Source: Candidatus Kaiserbacteria bacterium GW2011_GWA2_52_12 (GTDB taxonomy: Bacteria; Patescibacteriota; Minisyncoccia; Phycocordibacterales; UBA2100). From it: 63,676 bases of DNA. Under the pieces are notes generated by a model, which saw nothing but the letters and a program-made list of their open reading frames with translations, was not told where the DNA came from and made no database searches. The position numbers and the translations under genes were made by a program. Positions 36,653 to 45,539 of this stretch are shown piece after piece; the first letter of the stretch is position 1, and the number at the start of each line of letters is the position of its first letter. Location: contig LCQW01000001.1 in the NCBI GenBank assembly GCA_001004345.1, forward strand, positions 1-63,676, given 5' to 3'.

Positions 36653-39469
36653 ATGCCTCCGTTGCAGATGGAGCGGCTGAAGCCCGCTCTCCCCGAGAAA
36701 TTCAAATCTCCGCAGGAAGAACTTGCGTATTTGCGACAGCGCGTGGCGGAGAAGGAACAGGAGCTTGAAAGCGCGCCGAACCGTTTTGAAAAAGACCGCA
36801 TCGCAAAGCGTGAAATAGAACAGTACGGCGCGACGCCACAGGCGCAGGTGCTGCACGAGGCAGCCATCATGCCGCAGCACGATATCCTGCAGCATGTCCT
36901 CAAACTCGAGCCGGAGGACCACGACACGAAGATCGATGAACTCTTGAAGATCGTTTCGGAAAAAGGCATCCGCAATGCGCTCTCGATCGTCGCACGATTC
37001 GGCAATGCGCACCTCGAAGACGATCTCCATCGCGCCCTCGTGCGCTACGTTGCCGAAGGAATGCCGGATCACGGCATGGCGCCTCCCGAGCAGGTCAGAA
37101 AAGCACTCAACCTCGTTCTTTTTGAAATTCATCCGCAGGCGCACGGAGAGGGCGACCAAAAAGAGATCGCGCAGCACAAACTGGAGCAGCTTCTGTCATC
37201 ATCCGAGCAGCTGTACGCCGGACTCATTTCGCTTATTGAAGAAGGTGAGGGGTATTCGCTTGAAATAGCCGTCCCGCAGGGGACCGAAGAGGCCTCGCTT
37301 TACCTCGCCGTGCCGCATCAACGGAAAGTTCTTGCGGAACGCCTCATCTCATCGGTGTTTCCCAACGCCCATATCGTCGAGAGTCGCGGCGATTATAACA
37401 TTTTCAATTTTCAAGGCGCACATGCAGCATCCTATGCCGTGCTTGCCGATCATCCATCGCTTCCACTCAAGACGCCGGAGATGTTCGAACATGATCCGAT
37501 GAATATCATGCTCGCGGCATTCGCAAAGATCGCGAAGCACGGCGAGGGCGCCGCGCTGCAGATCACCGTCGGGACGGAAGGGGATCGGTACAATCACCAT
37601 TACAAAAAAATCCTGCGCGAGCTTGAGAAAGGCAGGTCGTACCGCGAAGCGCTGAAGATACCGGAGACGGAGCTCGGCGAGGCGGTTCGTGATCTTGCGA
37701 AGCAGCTGTTTTCATCCAAAGAGCAGCAACAAAAAGAGCTCGATAGGCAATTCCGCAAAACAGCGGATCAGGTGTCGACCGAAGAAATAAGCCGCAAAGT
37801 GAAGACACGCATCGCGCCGGTTTCCATCCGCCTCGTCACGTCGGCACCCACCCATGCACGCGCCGTCGATCTCTTGCGCAATCTGAAAGCGCCGTTTACC
37901 CAATATGACGACTCAAAAGGGAATCGACTTCTCTTTAAGAACGTGGGGAGCTGGAGCATGAGCAATTTTCTCCGCGATTTTACCTACCGCACATTCGATC
38001 ATTCCATCGCGATGCCGCTGTCACTCGCAGAATTGACCGCGATGTACCACTTTACCGCCGAGCGCGTCACGACCTCGCGCGAGCTCAAGCGCTCGTTCGG
38101 CAAACAAGCTCCCGCGCCGGTCGAAACTCCAGCGAACGGGATAACCATCGGCATCAACCGGTACGGCGCGGATGAAACAAAAGTTCATTTCGGGGAGAGT
38201 GATCGCCTGCGTCACTGCTATGTCATCGGACAAACCGGTACCGGAAAGACCGGGTTTCTCAAAAATCTCATCCGTCAGGACATGGAGAACGGCGAAGGAA
38301 TCGCATTTATCGATCCGCACGGTAACGACATTGAGGACGTGCTCGCCATGGTTCCGCCCGAACGCGCCGAGGATGTCGTGTATTTCGACCCCGCGTATAC
38401 GGCTCGTGCAATGGGACTCAATATGCTCGAATACGACCGTTCGCGGCCGGAGATGAAGACGTTTGTCGTCGACGAAGTATACGGCATTTTCCGCAAGCTC
38501 TATGCCGACGTGCCGGAGGCGTTCGGGCCTATGTTCGAGCAATACTACCGCAATGCCGTGCAGCTTGTGGTCGAAGATCCCGAATCGGGGAGCACGTTCG
38601 TCGAAATTCCGCGCGTATTTGCCGACCCCGCTTTTCGCAATCTGAAACTCTCGCGCTGCAAAAATCCCATCATAGTACAATTTTGGCGCAAGATTGCCGA
38701 GCAGGCGCAGGGGGACCCATCGCTCGAGAACGTCGCCCCCTATATCACGAGTAAATTCGACGTCTTTCTTACCAATGACATCATGCGACCGATCGTGTCG
38801 CAGGAAAAATCGGCGTTCAACTTTCGCGAGATCATGGATGGCAAGAAAATTTTCCTCGCCAATCTCTCAAAAGGCCGCCTCGGCGACAGGAACACCTCGC
38901 TTTTGGGCCTCATTCTCGTATCCAAATTCCTGCAGGCGGCATTCTCGCGCGTCGATACGCATGGAGCACTTCCGGTGTTCTACATGTACATCGACGAATT
39001 CCAGAATTTCGCCACACCATCCATCTCGACCATCCTCTCCGAGGCGCGAAAATACAACCTTTCGCTCACGATCGCGCACCAATTCATCGCGCAGCTCGAA
39101 GAGCCGATCCGCGACGCGGTCATCGGCAACGTGGGCACCAAAGCGGCGTTTCGTATCGGCACGACCGATGCCGAATTCCTCGAAAAGCAGTTTGCGCCGA
39201 TATTTGGCGCACAAGACCTCGAAAATCTACCCAACCGCACCGCCGTCCTTTCATTGCTGGTCAATGGTGTGCCGGCGCGGCCATTCACCATCGGCACGGA
39301 AAATCTGCCGCACATGAACTACGAGAACGTAGCTGCTCTCAAGGAGCTTTCGTACACTACCTACGGCCGCCCGCGCGAGGAAGTGGAAGAAGAGATCCGC
39401 ATCAAATTCGACGCCAGCTACGGCAAGAAACCCGCGGCAGAAGCACCCTCCACACCGCTGTATCAGTGA
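36653..39469 (+). CDS. TraD/TrwB/VirB4-like P-loop ATPase (type IV secretion DNA-binding domain family)
   Basis: RHCYVIGQTGTGKT, IDPHG, YIDEFQNF, SEARKY, AHQF. Confidence 0.88.
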   Translation: MPPLQMERLKPALPEKFKSPQEELAYLRQRVAEKEQELESAPNRFEKDRIAKREIEQYGATPQAQVLHEAAIMPQHDILQHVLKLEPEDHDTKIDELLKIVSEKGIRNALSIVARFGNAHLEDDLHRALVRYVAEGMPDHGMAPPEQVRKALNLVLFEIHPQAHGEGDQKEIAQHKLEQLLSSSEQLYAGLISLIEEGEGYSLEIAVPQGTEEASLYLAVPHQRKVLAERLISSVFPNAHIVESRGDYNIFNFQGAHAASYAVLADHPSLPLKTPEMFEHDPMNIMLAAFAKIAKHGEGAALQITVGTEGDRYNHHYKKILRELEKGRSYREALKIPETELGEAVRDLAKQLFSSKEQQQKELDRQFRKTADQVSTEEISRKVKTRIAPVSIRLVTSAPTHARAVDLLRNLKAPFTQYDDSKGNRLLFKNVGSWSMSNFLRDFTYRTFDHSIAMPLSLAELTAMYHFTAERVTTSRELKRSFGKQAPAPVETPANGITIGINRYGADETKVHFGESDRLRHCYVIGQTGTGKTGFLKNLIRQDMENGEGIAFIDPHGNDIEDVLAMVPPERAEDVVYFDPAYTARAMGLNMLEYDRSRPEMKTFVVDEVYGIFRKLYADVPEAFGPMFEQYYRNAVQLVVEDPESGSTFVEIPRVFADPAFRNLKLSRCKNPIIVQFWRKIAEQAQGDPSLENVAPYITSKFDVFLTNDIMRPIVSQEKSAFNFREIMDGKKIFLANLSKGRLGDRNTSLLGLILVSKFLQAAFSRVDTHGALPVFYMYIDEFQNFATPSISTILSEARKYNLSLTIAHQFIAQLEEPIRDAVIGNVGTKAAFRIGTTDAEFLEKQFAPIFGAQDLENLPNRTAVLSLLVNGVPARPFTIGTENLPHMNYENVAALKELSYTTYGRPREEVEEEIRIKFDASYGKKPAAEAPSTPLYQ

Positions 39470-39526
39470 AATATGGACCTTGATTCTGCCATAGAAAGAA
39501 AGAATTCGAGAGTCGAAACAGAAAGG

Positions 39527-39582
39527 GAAAAGGTGTCAGGAACCTTTTCTCGAACTTCTAAATGTATGAGGTCGAACCTCGT
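39527..39582. repeat. REP-like hairpins upstream of the TA module
   Basis: GAAAAGGT-GTCAGGA-ACCTTTTC and GAGGT-CGA-ACCTC. Confidence 0.7.
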
Positions 39583-39607
39583 TCATAGAGCGAAAGGGCA
39601 CTACTAC

Positions 39608-39635
39608 TTGCGCTATTTTGTACATTTTGTACAAT
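39608..39635 (+). promoter_or_regulatory. TA promoter/operator
   Basis: TTGCGC...TACAAT overlapping two TGTACA palindromes. Confidence 0.6.
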
Positions 39636-39641
39636 ATCAGC

Positions 39642-39893
39642 ATGAAAATTATAACAACGACAAGCGCTCGAAAGCATATCAAGGATATTGTTGACCGGGC
39701 CAAGTACCGCGGCGAAGTGTTTGCAATCGGCAGGCGCGATTCGATCGACGCCATCGTAATCGGTTTTCCGCGTGCATATAGCGATGCAGTGAACGACATC
39801 ACGAACGTCAATGCGTATTCCCGCAGTTTTGATTTTCTTGAGAGTGAGCCCGACCTATACTCCGCCGATGATCTGAAAAATCGATATGCTTAA
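39642..39893 (+). CDS. Phd/YefM-like antitoxin
   Basis: MKIITTTSARKHI..IVDR N-terminus; overlaps the toxin gene. Confidence 0.75.
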   Translation: MKIITTTSARKHIKDIVDRAKYRGEVFAIGRRDSIDAIVIGFPRAYSDAVNDITNVNAYSRSFDFLESEPDLYSADDLKNRYA

Positions 39894-40206
39894 AGGGCGC
39901 ATTGTTCTCATTCCGTTCCCGTTCACCGATCTCACCGGCCAGAAAGTGCGCCCAGCACTCGTCTTGCATGTCTCGCGCGGTGAGGATTGCATTGTCGCTT
40001 TTATATCCACGCGTATCGAAAAGAGGAACCCCTACGATATACGCGTGTCCCCGTCGAGTACCAATGGGCTCAAGGTCGAATCAGTCGTAAAAGTCGACAA
40101 ACTCGCGACACTGCAAAAGAAAATTGTTATCGGAGAGCTCGGCGTTCTTGAACGGCAGAATCTTCATATCGTCGATGTGGCGCTCCGCAAGCTATTCAAG
40201 ATATAA
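39886..40206 (+). CDS. PemK/MazF family toxin
   Basis: GRIVLIPFPFTDLTGQKVRPALV, GLKVES. Confidence 0.9.
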   Translation: MLKGRIVLIPFPFTDLTGQKVRPALVLHVSRGEDCIVAFISTRIEKRNPYDIRVSPSSTNGLKVESVVKVDKLATLQKKIVIGELGVLERQNLHIVDVALRKLFKI

Positions 40207-40212
40207 ATTGCA

Positions 40213-40235
40213 TGCACGAGATCGAACCTCGTGCA
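40213..40235. repeat. REP-like hairpin downstream of the TA module
   Basis: TGCACGAG-ATCGAAC-CTCGTGCA. Confidence 0.7.
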
Positions 40236-40283
40236 ACGAAAACCCACGTTTCCCCACTGTGATCAATACGCTATAATGTGCAC

Positions 40284-40676
40284 ATGCGGTCGCATCATAT
40301 ACAACGATTCATTGCGGCACTCATCGCATCCATAGCGTTCATAAGTCCGTGGTGTGCCGTGGCGACGACACTTGACGATATGCAGACCACTCTGCACTAC
40401 GCGCTCTCGGCGGTGGCGGCAGTGACTGCCGATCAGCCGATATCCTGCGCGATACTGACTAGCAAGAATGTCGTGAAGGTCAATGAGACATTCACATTTG
40501 CCTGGTACTCGACGGGCAAGAATTCGCAGATAGCGCCCGAAGGCGGACTCGCGTGGCAGCCTTTCAACGTCATTTCAATGGCCATCTCGAAACCCGGCAA
40601 ATGGACTTACACACTGAACTTTTACGGATCGGGCACGGTAACTCCCTGTTCCAGGATAATAACGGTCGTGCCGTAG
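40284..40676 (+). CDS. Hypothetical secreted protein
   Basis: Signal peptide, beta-rich C-terminus, TATAAT upstream. Confidence 0.65.
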   Translation: MRSHHIQRFIAALIASIAFISPWCAVATTLDDMQTTLHYALSAVAAVTADQPISCAILTSKNVVKVNETFTFAWYSTGKNSQIAPEGGLAWQPFNVISMAISKPGKWTYTLNFYGSGTVTPCSRIITVVP

Positions 40677-40725
40677 GCACTCGAAGTAATGTGACGTATC
40701 GGCAAAATATGCTACAGTAGCGCGC

Positions 40726-41313
40726 ATGGCACATCCTATAAAAGAAGAGAAGACGTTTGTTCTTATCAAACCCGACGGAGTGCGCAAGGGGCTCATCGGC
40801 GAGGTTATAAAGCGATTCGAGCAGCGCGACCTTAAGATCGTCGCACTCGAGATGTTCATGCCGACGCGTCAGATGATCGATGACCACTATCCCAAAGATC
40901 CGGCATGGATTGAGCGACTTGGCATGAAGACACTCTCTACGTATGAGAAGTATGGCATCGACGCCAAAAAAGAACTGGGGAGCAATGACGCAAAAGAACT
41001 CGGTAACATGGTGCGCGGCTGGCTTCTTGATTTTATGACGTCGGCACCCCTGGTGCGTATGGTGGTGCAGGGGACGCATGCAGTCGATGTTGTGCGCAAG
41101 ATCGCCGGACCGACGCTGCCGTATGCAGCGGATATGGGCACTATCCGTGGTGATTTCTCGATCGATTCGCCAGCGCTTGCGAACAGCGAGAAGCGCGCCG
41201 TTGCGAATATCGTTCACTGTTCAGAGACCCCGGAGGAAGCGGCTCATGAGATCAAACACTGGTTTGGTAAAGCCGTAATCCACCAATACAAGCGGCATGG
41301 CGTCGATGAGTAA
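40726..41313 (+). CDS. ndk: Nucleoside diphosphate kinase
   Basis: TFVLIKPDGV, GTIRGDF, NIVHCS. Confidence 0.96.
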   Translation: MAHPIKEEKTFVLIKPDGVRKGLIGEVIKRFEQRDLKIVALEMFMPTRQMIDDHYPKDPAWIERLGMKTLSTYEKYGIDAKKELGSNDAKELGNMVRGWLLDFMTSAPLVRMVVQGTHAVDVVRKIAGPTLPYAADMGTIRGDFSIDSPALANSEKRAVANIVHCSETPEEAAHEIKHWFGKAVIHQYKRHGVDE

Positions 41314-41317
41314 TTTG

Positions 41318-41362
41318 GTATACCCCTTACCACAGTTTTTTAAAAAGTGGTAAGGGGTATAC
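41318..41362. terminator. 16-bp-stem hairpin after ndk
   Basis: GTATACCCCTTACCAC / GTGGTAAGGGGTATAC. Confidence 0.6.
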
Positions 41363-41370
41363 TGAACACA

Positions 41371-41514
41371 GCGGCCGGTACATACACCTGCTTGGTTCAC
41401 AAAAGGGAGTCTCACATCGCTCAATTCCAATGAACACTGCCTCGGTAGTATTCAGCGGAATTGTAGCTGCGGACACCCACCTGGTCCCAAAGTCCAGGCT
41501 CGAGTACTTGCCGC
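41371..41514 (+). ncRNA. ssrS: Probable 6S RNA
   Basis: Rod-like fold with central bubble; CACCCACCTG motif; TATACT upstream; terminator at 41525-41547. Confidence 0.65.
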
Positions 41515-41572
41515 GACGAAGCATCCCCGCGAAGGCGGGGTTGTTTTGCAAAAATCAAAAAATTATACTGGC

Positions 41573-41941
41573 ATGCATACACAACGAGTCCTATACGTTC
41601 AATTTTTTTCTGTGGCGGTACTTGCTGCGCTCACATGGGTCGCACTTGCGCAAGATCTTTTTTTTCGCTTGTGGTGGTTTGATATTCCGATGCATCTCCT
41701 TGGCGGTGTATGGGCCGGATACGCAGTGATCTGGGTACTACAGAGGAAGGGATGGGGAGTATCACTCGTACATGCGGTAGTCGGAGCGTTTGCAATTGGA
41801 GTAGCGTGGGAATTGTTTGAATATTTTTGGGACATGCCGCGTTCCCCATTTATGAGTTATCCACTCGACACGGCCAAAGACCTGCTCATGGACATACTCG
41901 GCGGCGTCGTCGCGTACTTGAGTACCCGTAGAAGATCATGA
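41573..41941 (+). CDS. Small membrane protein (DUF2238/VanZ-like)
   Basis: WWFDIPMHLLGG, WELFE, DTAKDLLMD. Confidence 0.75.
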   Translation: MHTQRVLYVQFFSVAVLAALTWVALAQDLFFRLWWFDIPMHLLGGVWAGYAVIWVLQRKGWGVSLVHAVVGAFAIGVAWELFEYFWDMPRSPFMSYPLDTAKDLLMDILGGVVAYLSTRRRS

Positions 41942-43347
41942 CAGCACGAATTACATTCTATGGGGGAGCGGGCACGGTGACCGGCGCGAATTTTCTTTTT
42001 GATACCGGTACACAAAAAATTCTTATCGATTGCGGCACTATCGAACGTGAGAACGTGAGTGATACGGCAAATAGTGACCCATTCGCATACGATCCGTCGA
42101 GTATCGACGCGCTCATCGTGACGCATGCCCACGCCGATCACATCGGGAGAATACCCAAGCTCGTACACGACGGATTCAAAGGCGTTATCTATTCGACGAC
42201 ACCCACCAAAGAGCTCGCGGCGGCCATGTTCGCCGATGCGCTCACTATCATGCACGAGGAAGATAAACGCAGCGGCCGTGTTGTCTTGTACGAGCGCGCG
42301 GATGTGGACCGCGCGCTTAGCCTGTGGGAGACGTATGGATACCACGAAGCCTTTGACCTCGGCGACGTATGTATTGAATTTCTCGATGCGGGGCACATTC
42401 TCGGCTCCGCGATGATCCGCGTCACCCGCCTTCGCCCCGATTCCGCCAAGGCTCCAACGGGCAAGCAAGGCTTCGGCGGGCAAGAACGCTCCATCCTCTT
42501 CACCGGCGATTTGGGCAATTCTCCGGAGCCGCTCCTCAACGACACGGAGTCACCGGAAGGGACGACATATCTCGTTATGGAGAGCGTATATGGCGACCGT
42601 CTACATGCGGATAGGGGACAGCGTCAAAAGATGCTGCAAAATATGGTACTCGATGCGCGCAATCGCAGCAGCACGCTGCTCATTCCGTCGTTCTCGATAG
42701 AGAGGACGCAGATACTTCTCTACGAGCTCAATGCTATGGTGGAAAAAGGGAAATTGGATCCGGTAGACGTGTACTTCGACGCACCGCTCGCTATCGAGGT
42801 GACGGATATATACCGGAAGTACAAAGACTGGCTAAATCCTGCAGTCAGCGAGCACTTCGAGAAGGGCGATGACCCGTTCAGTTTCAAAAATCTAAAGTTG
42901 ACGCCGCATGTGGAACAATCAGACGCGATACACAGCGCGCGCAACCCGAAAGTCATCATTGCGGGAGCGGGAATGGCGGCAGGAGGGCGGGTGCGGTTGC
43001 ATCTCAAATGCTACGCACCGGACCAAAATACGGTCATTTTATTCGTCGGCTACCAAGTGCCGGGTTCGCTCGGACGGCGCATCGAGGACGGTGAGAAAAC
43101 AGTGCACATAGATGGCGAGTACGTAAAAGTCCGCGCTCACATCGCGTCCATCACTGGCTACTCCGGCCATAAAGACAGGGACGCACTGCTTGATTTCGTT
43201 GAAAGCTCCGGTGAGTCATTACAGGAAGTGTTTGTGACCATGGGGGAACCAAAGTCGTCGATGTTCCTCGCCCAGCGCATACGCGATTTCCTTGGTGTCG
43301 AAGCGCTCGTGCCGCAGATCGGCGAATCGTTCGAACTTTCGTTCTAA
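41938..43347 (+). CDS. MBL-fold beta-CASP ribonuclease
   Basis: THAHADHIG, AGHILGSA, FTGDLG, MESVYG, YSGHKD. Confidence 0.93.
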   Translation: MTARITFYGGAGTVTGANFLFDTGTQKILIDCGTIERENVSDTANSDPFAYDPSSIDALIVTHAHADHIGRIPKLVHDGFKGVIYSTTPTKELAAAMFADALTIMHEEDKRSGRVVLYERADVDRALSLWETYGYHEAFDLGDVCIEFLDAGHILGSAMIRVTRLRPDSAKAPTGKQGFGGQERSILFTGDLGNSPEPLLNDTESPEGTTYLVMESVYGDRLHADRGQRQKMLQNMVLDARNRSSTLLIPSFSIERTQILLYELNAMVEKGKLDPVDVYFDAPLAIEVTDIYRKYKDWLNPAVSEHFEKGDDPFSFKNLKLTPHVEQSDAIHSARNPKVIIAGAGMAAGGRVRLHLKCYAPDQNTVILFVGYQVPGSLGRRIEDGEKTVHIDGEYVKVRAHIASITGYSGHKDRDALLDFVESSGESLQEVFVTMGEPKSSMFLAQRIRDFLGVEALVPQIGESFELSF

Positions 43348-43382
43348 AATAGGCGTTCCGTGGAGGTGATATAATTATTGAA

Positions 43383-44063
43383 ATGAAGAAAATACTGAAT
43401 CCAAACCATACGATGGTACCGAAGAATTTTTGTCGGCTTCCCGATGAGTATGGGATCATCAAGATAGGCGTCGCCGGTGCCGCTGACACGGGCCATTGCG
43501 GGCTCGATGCATTCGAGAAAGCAAAAGAAACGGGTCGGGAGATCGCGCGACAGGGCGCGATCGTCGTGACGGGTGCCACGACCGGATTCCCGATGTATGC
43601 GGCGATGGGTGCAAAAGACGAGTGCGGTTTCTCGATAGGATTTTCACCGGCTGCGAATGACCGCGAGCACACCGAAGTCTATGGTCTCCCGCTCGATTTC
43701 ATGGATGTTGTCGTGTACACCGGCTTTGGGTACGCCGGACGAGACCTCCTTTTTACCCGCTCGGTAGACGCCATGATCATCGGCTGCGGGCGCATCGGCA
43801 CGATGAATGAATTCGCCGTCGCATTTGAAGACCGTCGGCCCATAGGTATTTTGGAAGGAAGCTGGAAGACCGACGAACTGTTGCGGAAAATCATCGAAGA
43901 AGCACATCGTCCGAATGAAAAAATTGTCTTTGATCCCGATCCAAAAAAACTCGTCGAGAAGTTGATCGCGCTCATACAAAAAGACAAAGCAGGACTGCGT
44001 CTTGTCTACAACAATCACGACAGCCGCAGCGGCACGGGCAAGAACGTCGAGATGGTGCAGTAA
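43383..44063 (+). CDS. LOG/SLOG-family protein (TIGR00725-like)
   Basis: VTGATTGFP, YTGFGYAGRD, GRIGTMNEF. Confidence 0.8.
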   Translation: MKKILNPNHTMVPKNFCRLPDEYGIIKIGVAGAADTGHCGLDAFEKAKETGREIARQGAIVVTGATTGFPMYAAMGAKDECGFSIGFSPAANDREHTEVYGLPLDFMDVVVYTGFGYAGRDLLFTRSVDAMIIGCGRIGTMNEFAVAFEDRRPIGILEGSWKTDELLRKIIEEAHRPNEKIVFDPDPKKLVEKLIALIQKDKAGLRLVYNNHDSRSGTGKNVEMVQ

Positions 44064-44082
44064 TTGGCGCTATACTTACGGT

Positions 44083-44154
44083 GGCCCGGTGGCAGAAGAG
44101 CGATGCACAGGATTGCAACTCCTGATATGCCGGTGACGACTCCGGCTCGGGCCT
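44083..44154 (+). tRNA. tRNA-Cys(GCA) with non-canonical D and T loops
   Basis: GGCCCGG/TCGGGCC acceptor stem, CAGGA-TTGCAAC-TCCTG anticodon arm, U73, TATACT upstream. Confidence 0.85.
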
Positions 44155-44163
44155 TCATTCACG

Positions 44164-44185
44164 AAAACCCCCAGTCGGGGGTTTT
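44164..44185. terminator. Bidirectional terminator
   Basis: AAAACCCCC-AGTC-GGGGGTTTT between tRNA-Cys and rplT. Confidence 0.75.
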
Positions 44186-44531
44186 ACTTTTTCAAACTTT
44201 TTGTGAGACGCACAAATACCTCGGGGTGATCTTTGGCGAGAGCAGAGAGCACTTTGCGGTCGAGGGCGATGTTGGCTTTCTTGAGAGCGTCGATGAACCT
44301 TGAGTACGACATGCCGCCCCCGCGCGCTGCCGCGTTGATGCGGATTGTCCAGAGGTAGCGGAACTCGCGCTTCTTGGTGCGGCGATGCCTGAATGCGTGT
44401 ACGCCGGCATGATGAATGGCCTCCTTGGCCACGCGCTCTTTGCGCGAGCGATCAAAACGATAGCCCTTGGTCTGTGCAAGGATATTCTTGCGGCGTTTAT
44501 TCTTCTGTACTCCTCGTTTGACTCGCGACAT
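44184..44531 (-). CDS. rplT: 50S ribosomal protein L20
   Basis: MSRVKRG, FRYLWTIRINAA, LDRKVLSALA. Confidence 0.98.
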   Translation of the reverse strand: MSRVKRGVQKNKRRKNILAQTKGYRFDRSRKERVAKEAIHHAGVHAFRHRRTKKREFRYLWTIRINAAARGGGMSYSRFIDALKKANIALDRKVLSALAKDHPEVFVRLTKSLKK

Positions 44532-44583
44532 AAAATTTATTTATAGTGACTTGTAGTGAGTGTAATCGAACTGGCTTGTCGAA

Positions 44584-44769
44584 CTATGAAAGGAAACGGC
44601 TTTTGTCGGCGGCGGTCATGATGCCGTGAAAGGTCACGGAACGGTTCTTGTGCTGTTTTTCACCGCCGCTTCGCTTTGCGTTGAAATGGTTGTGGCCTGG
44701 CACGCGGGCAATGATCTTGCCCTTTTTGGTGACGCGCAACCGCTTTGAGAATGATTTGTTACTTTTCAT
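44584..44769 (-). CDS. rpmI: 50S ribosomal protein L35
   Basis: MKSNKSFSKRLRVTKKGK..HNH. Confidence 0.93.
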   Translation of the reverse strand: MKSNKSFSKRLRVTKKGKIIARVPGHNHFNAKRSGGEKQHKNRSVTFHGIMTAADKSRFLS

Positions 44770-45373
44770 GAGGCGATTGAGATCCGACTACCTTTTTAGG
44801 AGGCACTGCGCCCTGCGAAGCCTTGTGCGAAATAGGGTCTCGCTCAAGGACGACCGAGAGGCCCTTGGGGCTCTTCTTGATCTCGTCAGCGATTTTATAC
44901 GATTCGGGGATTATTGCAAGAAAACGAGCTAAGCGCTCCTTGAGGAAGTTGAACTCCATATACTTGTAGCGGCCCCACAAAAAGAGGTCGATCTTGACCC
45001 GGTGTCCCTCACGGAGCCATACGCCGATCTTTGATGCTTTGATATGCATGTCGTGGTCTGACGTCCCGATCTTCACTTGCGCCTCTTTTGTCTCGGTGAC
45101 GTGCGCCTTCGACTTCACCTCCTTGTCCTTTTTCTTTTGTTCATACTTGAATTTGCCGTAATCGGTGATTTTTGCGACCGGCGGATTGGCGTTGGGGGAT
45201 ATTTCTATGAGATCAAGCTTGAATTCTTGCGCCTTCGCGAGAGCATCGCGTAGCGAAATAACGCCGAAGTTCTCTCCGGTCGGTCCTATGACGCGCATCT
45301 CCTTGGCTCGTATGCCTTCGTTCATGCGGACGCGCTCTTTCTCCGCTTGCGATGTGTATTTGGTGAATCCCAT
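44759..45373 (-). CDS. infC: Translation initiation factor IF-3
   Basis: LDLIEISPNANPPVAKITDYGKFKYE. Confidence 0.96.
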   Translation of the reverse strand: MGFTKYTSQAEKERVRMNEGIRAKEMRVIGPTGENFGVISLRDALAKAQEFKLDLIEISPNANPPVAKITDYGKFKYEQKKKDKEVKSKAHVTETKEAQVKIGTSDHDMHIKASKIGVWLREGHRVKIDLFLWGRYKYMEFNFLKERLARFLAIIPESYKIADEIKKSPKGLSVVLERDPISHKASQGAVPPKKVVGSQSPHEK

Positions 45374-45539
45374 TTGTTCTCGATTCGCGCATGCGGCGCG
45401 TTTCGTCGTTGCGGGATTCTCGCTTTGTCGTCATCGTAGATTACTACGACTCCGACTCCGCTTAGCCCGCGCCTAGAAATGCATCCACCTGCGCGAATCT
45501 TGTTGCGACACTATACCACAATCGCTCTTTCCATTCCAT

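Noticed and set aside
36653..39469. Conjugative element/ICE
   Set aside because: Lone ATPase with no relaxase, integrase or mating-pair genes; such ATPases are common chromosomal genes in CPR.
45411..45470. SRP RNA
   Set aside because: The hairpin lacks the conserved SRP helix-8 CAGG..GGAA..AGCAG motif; kept only as a leader candidate.
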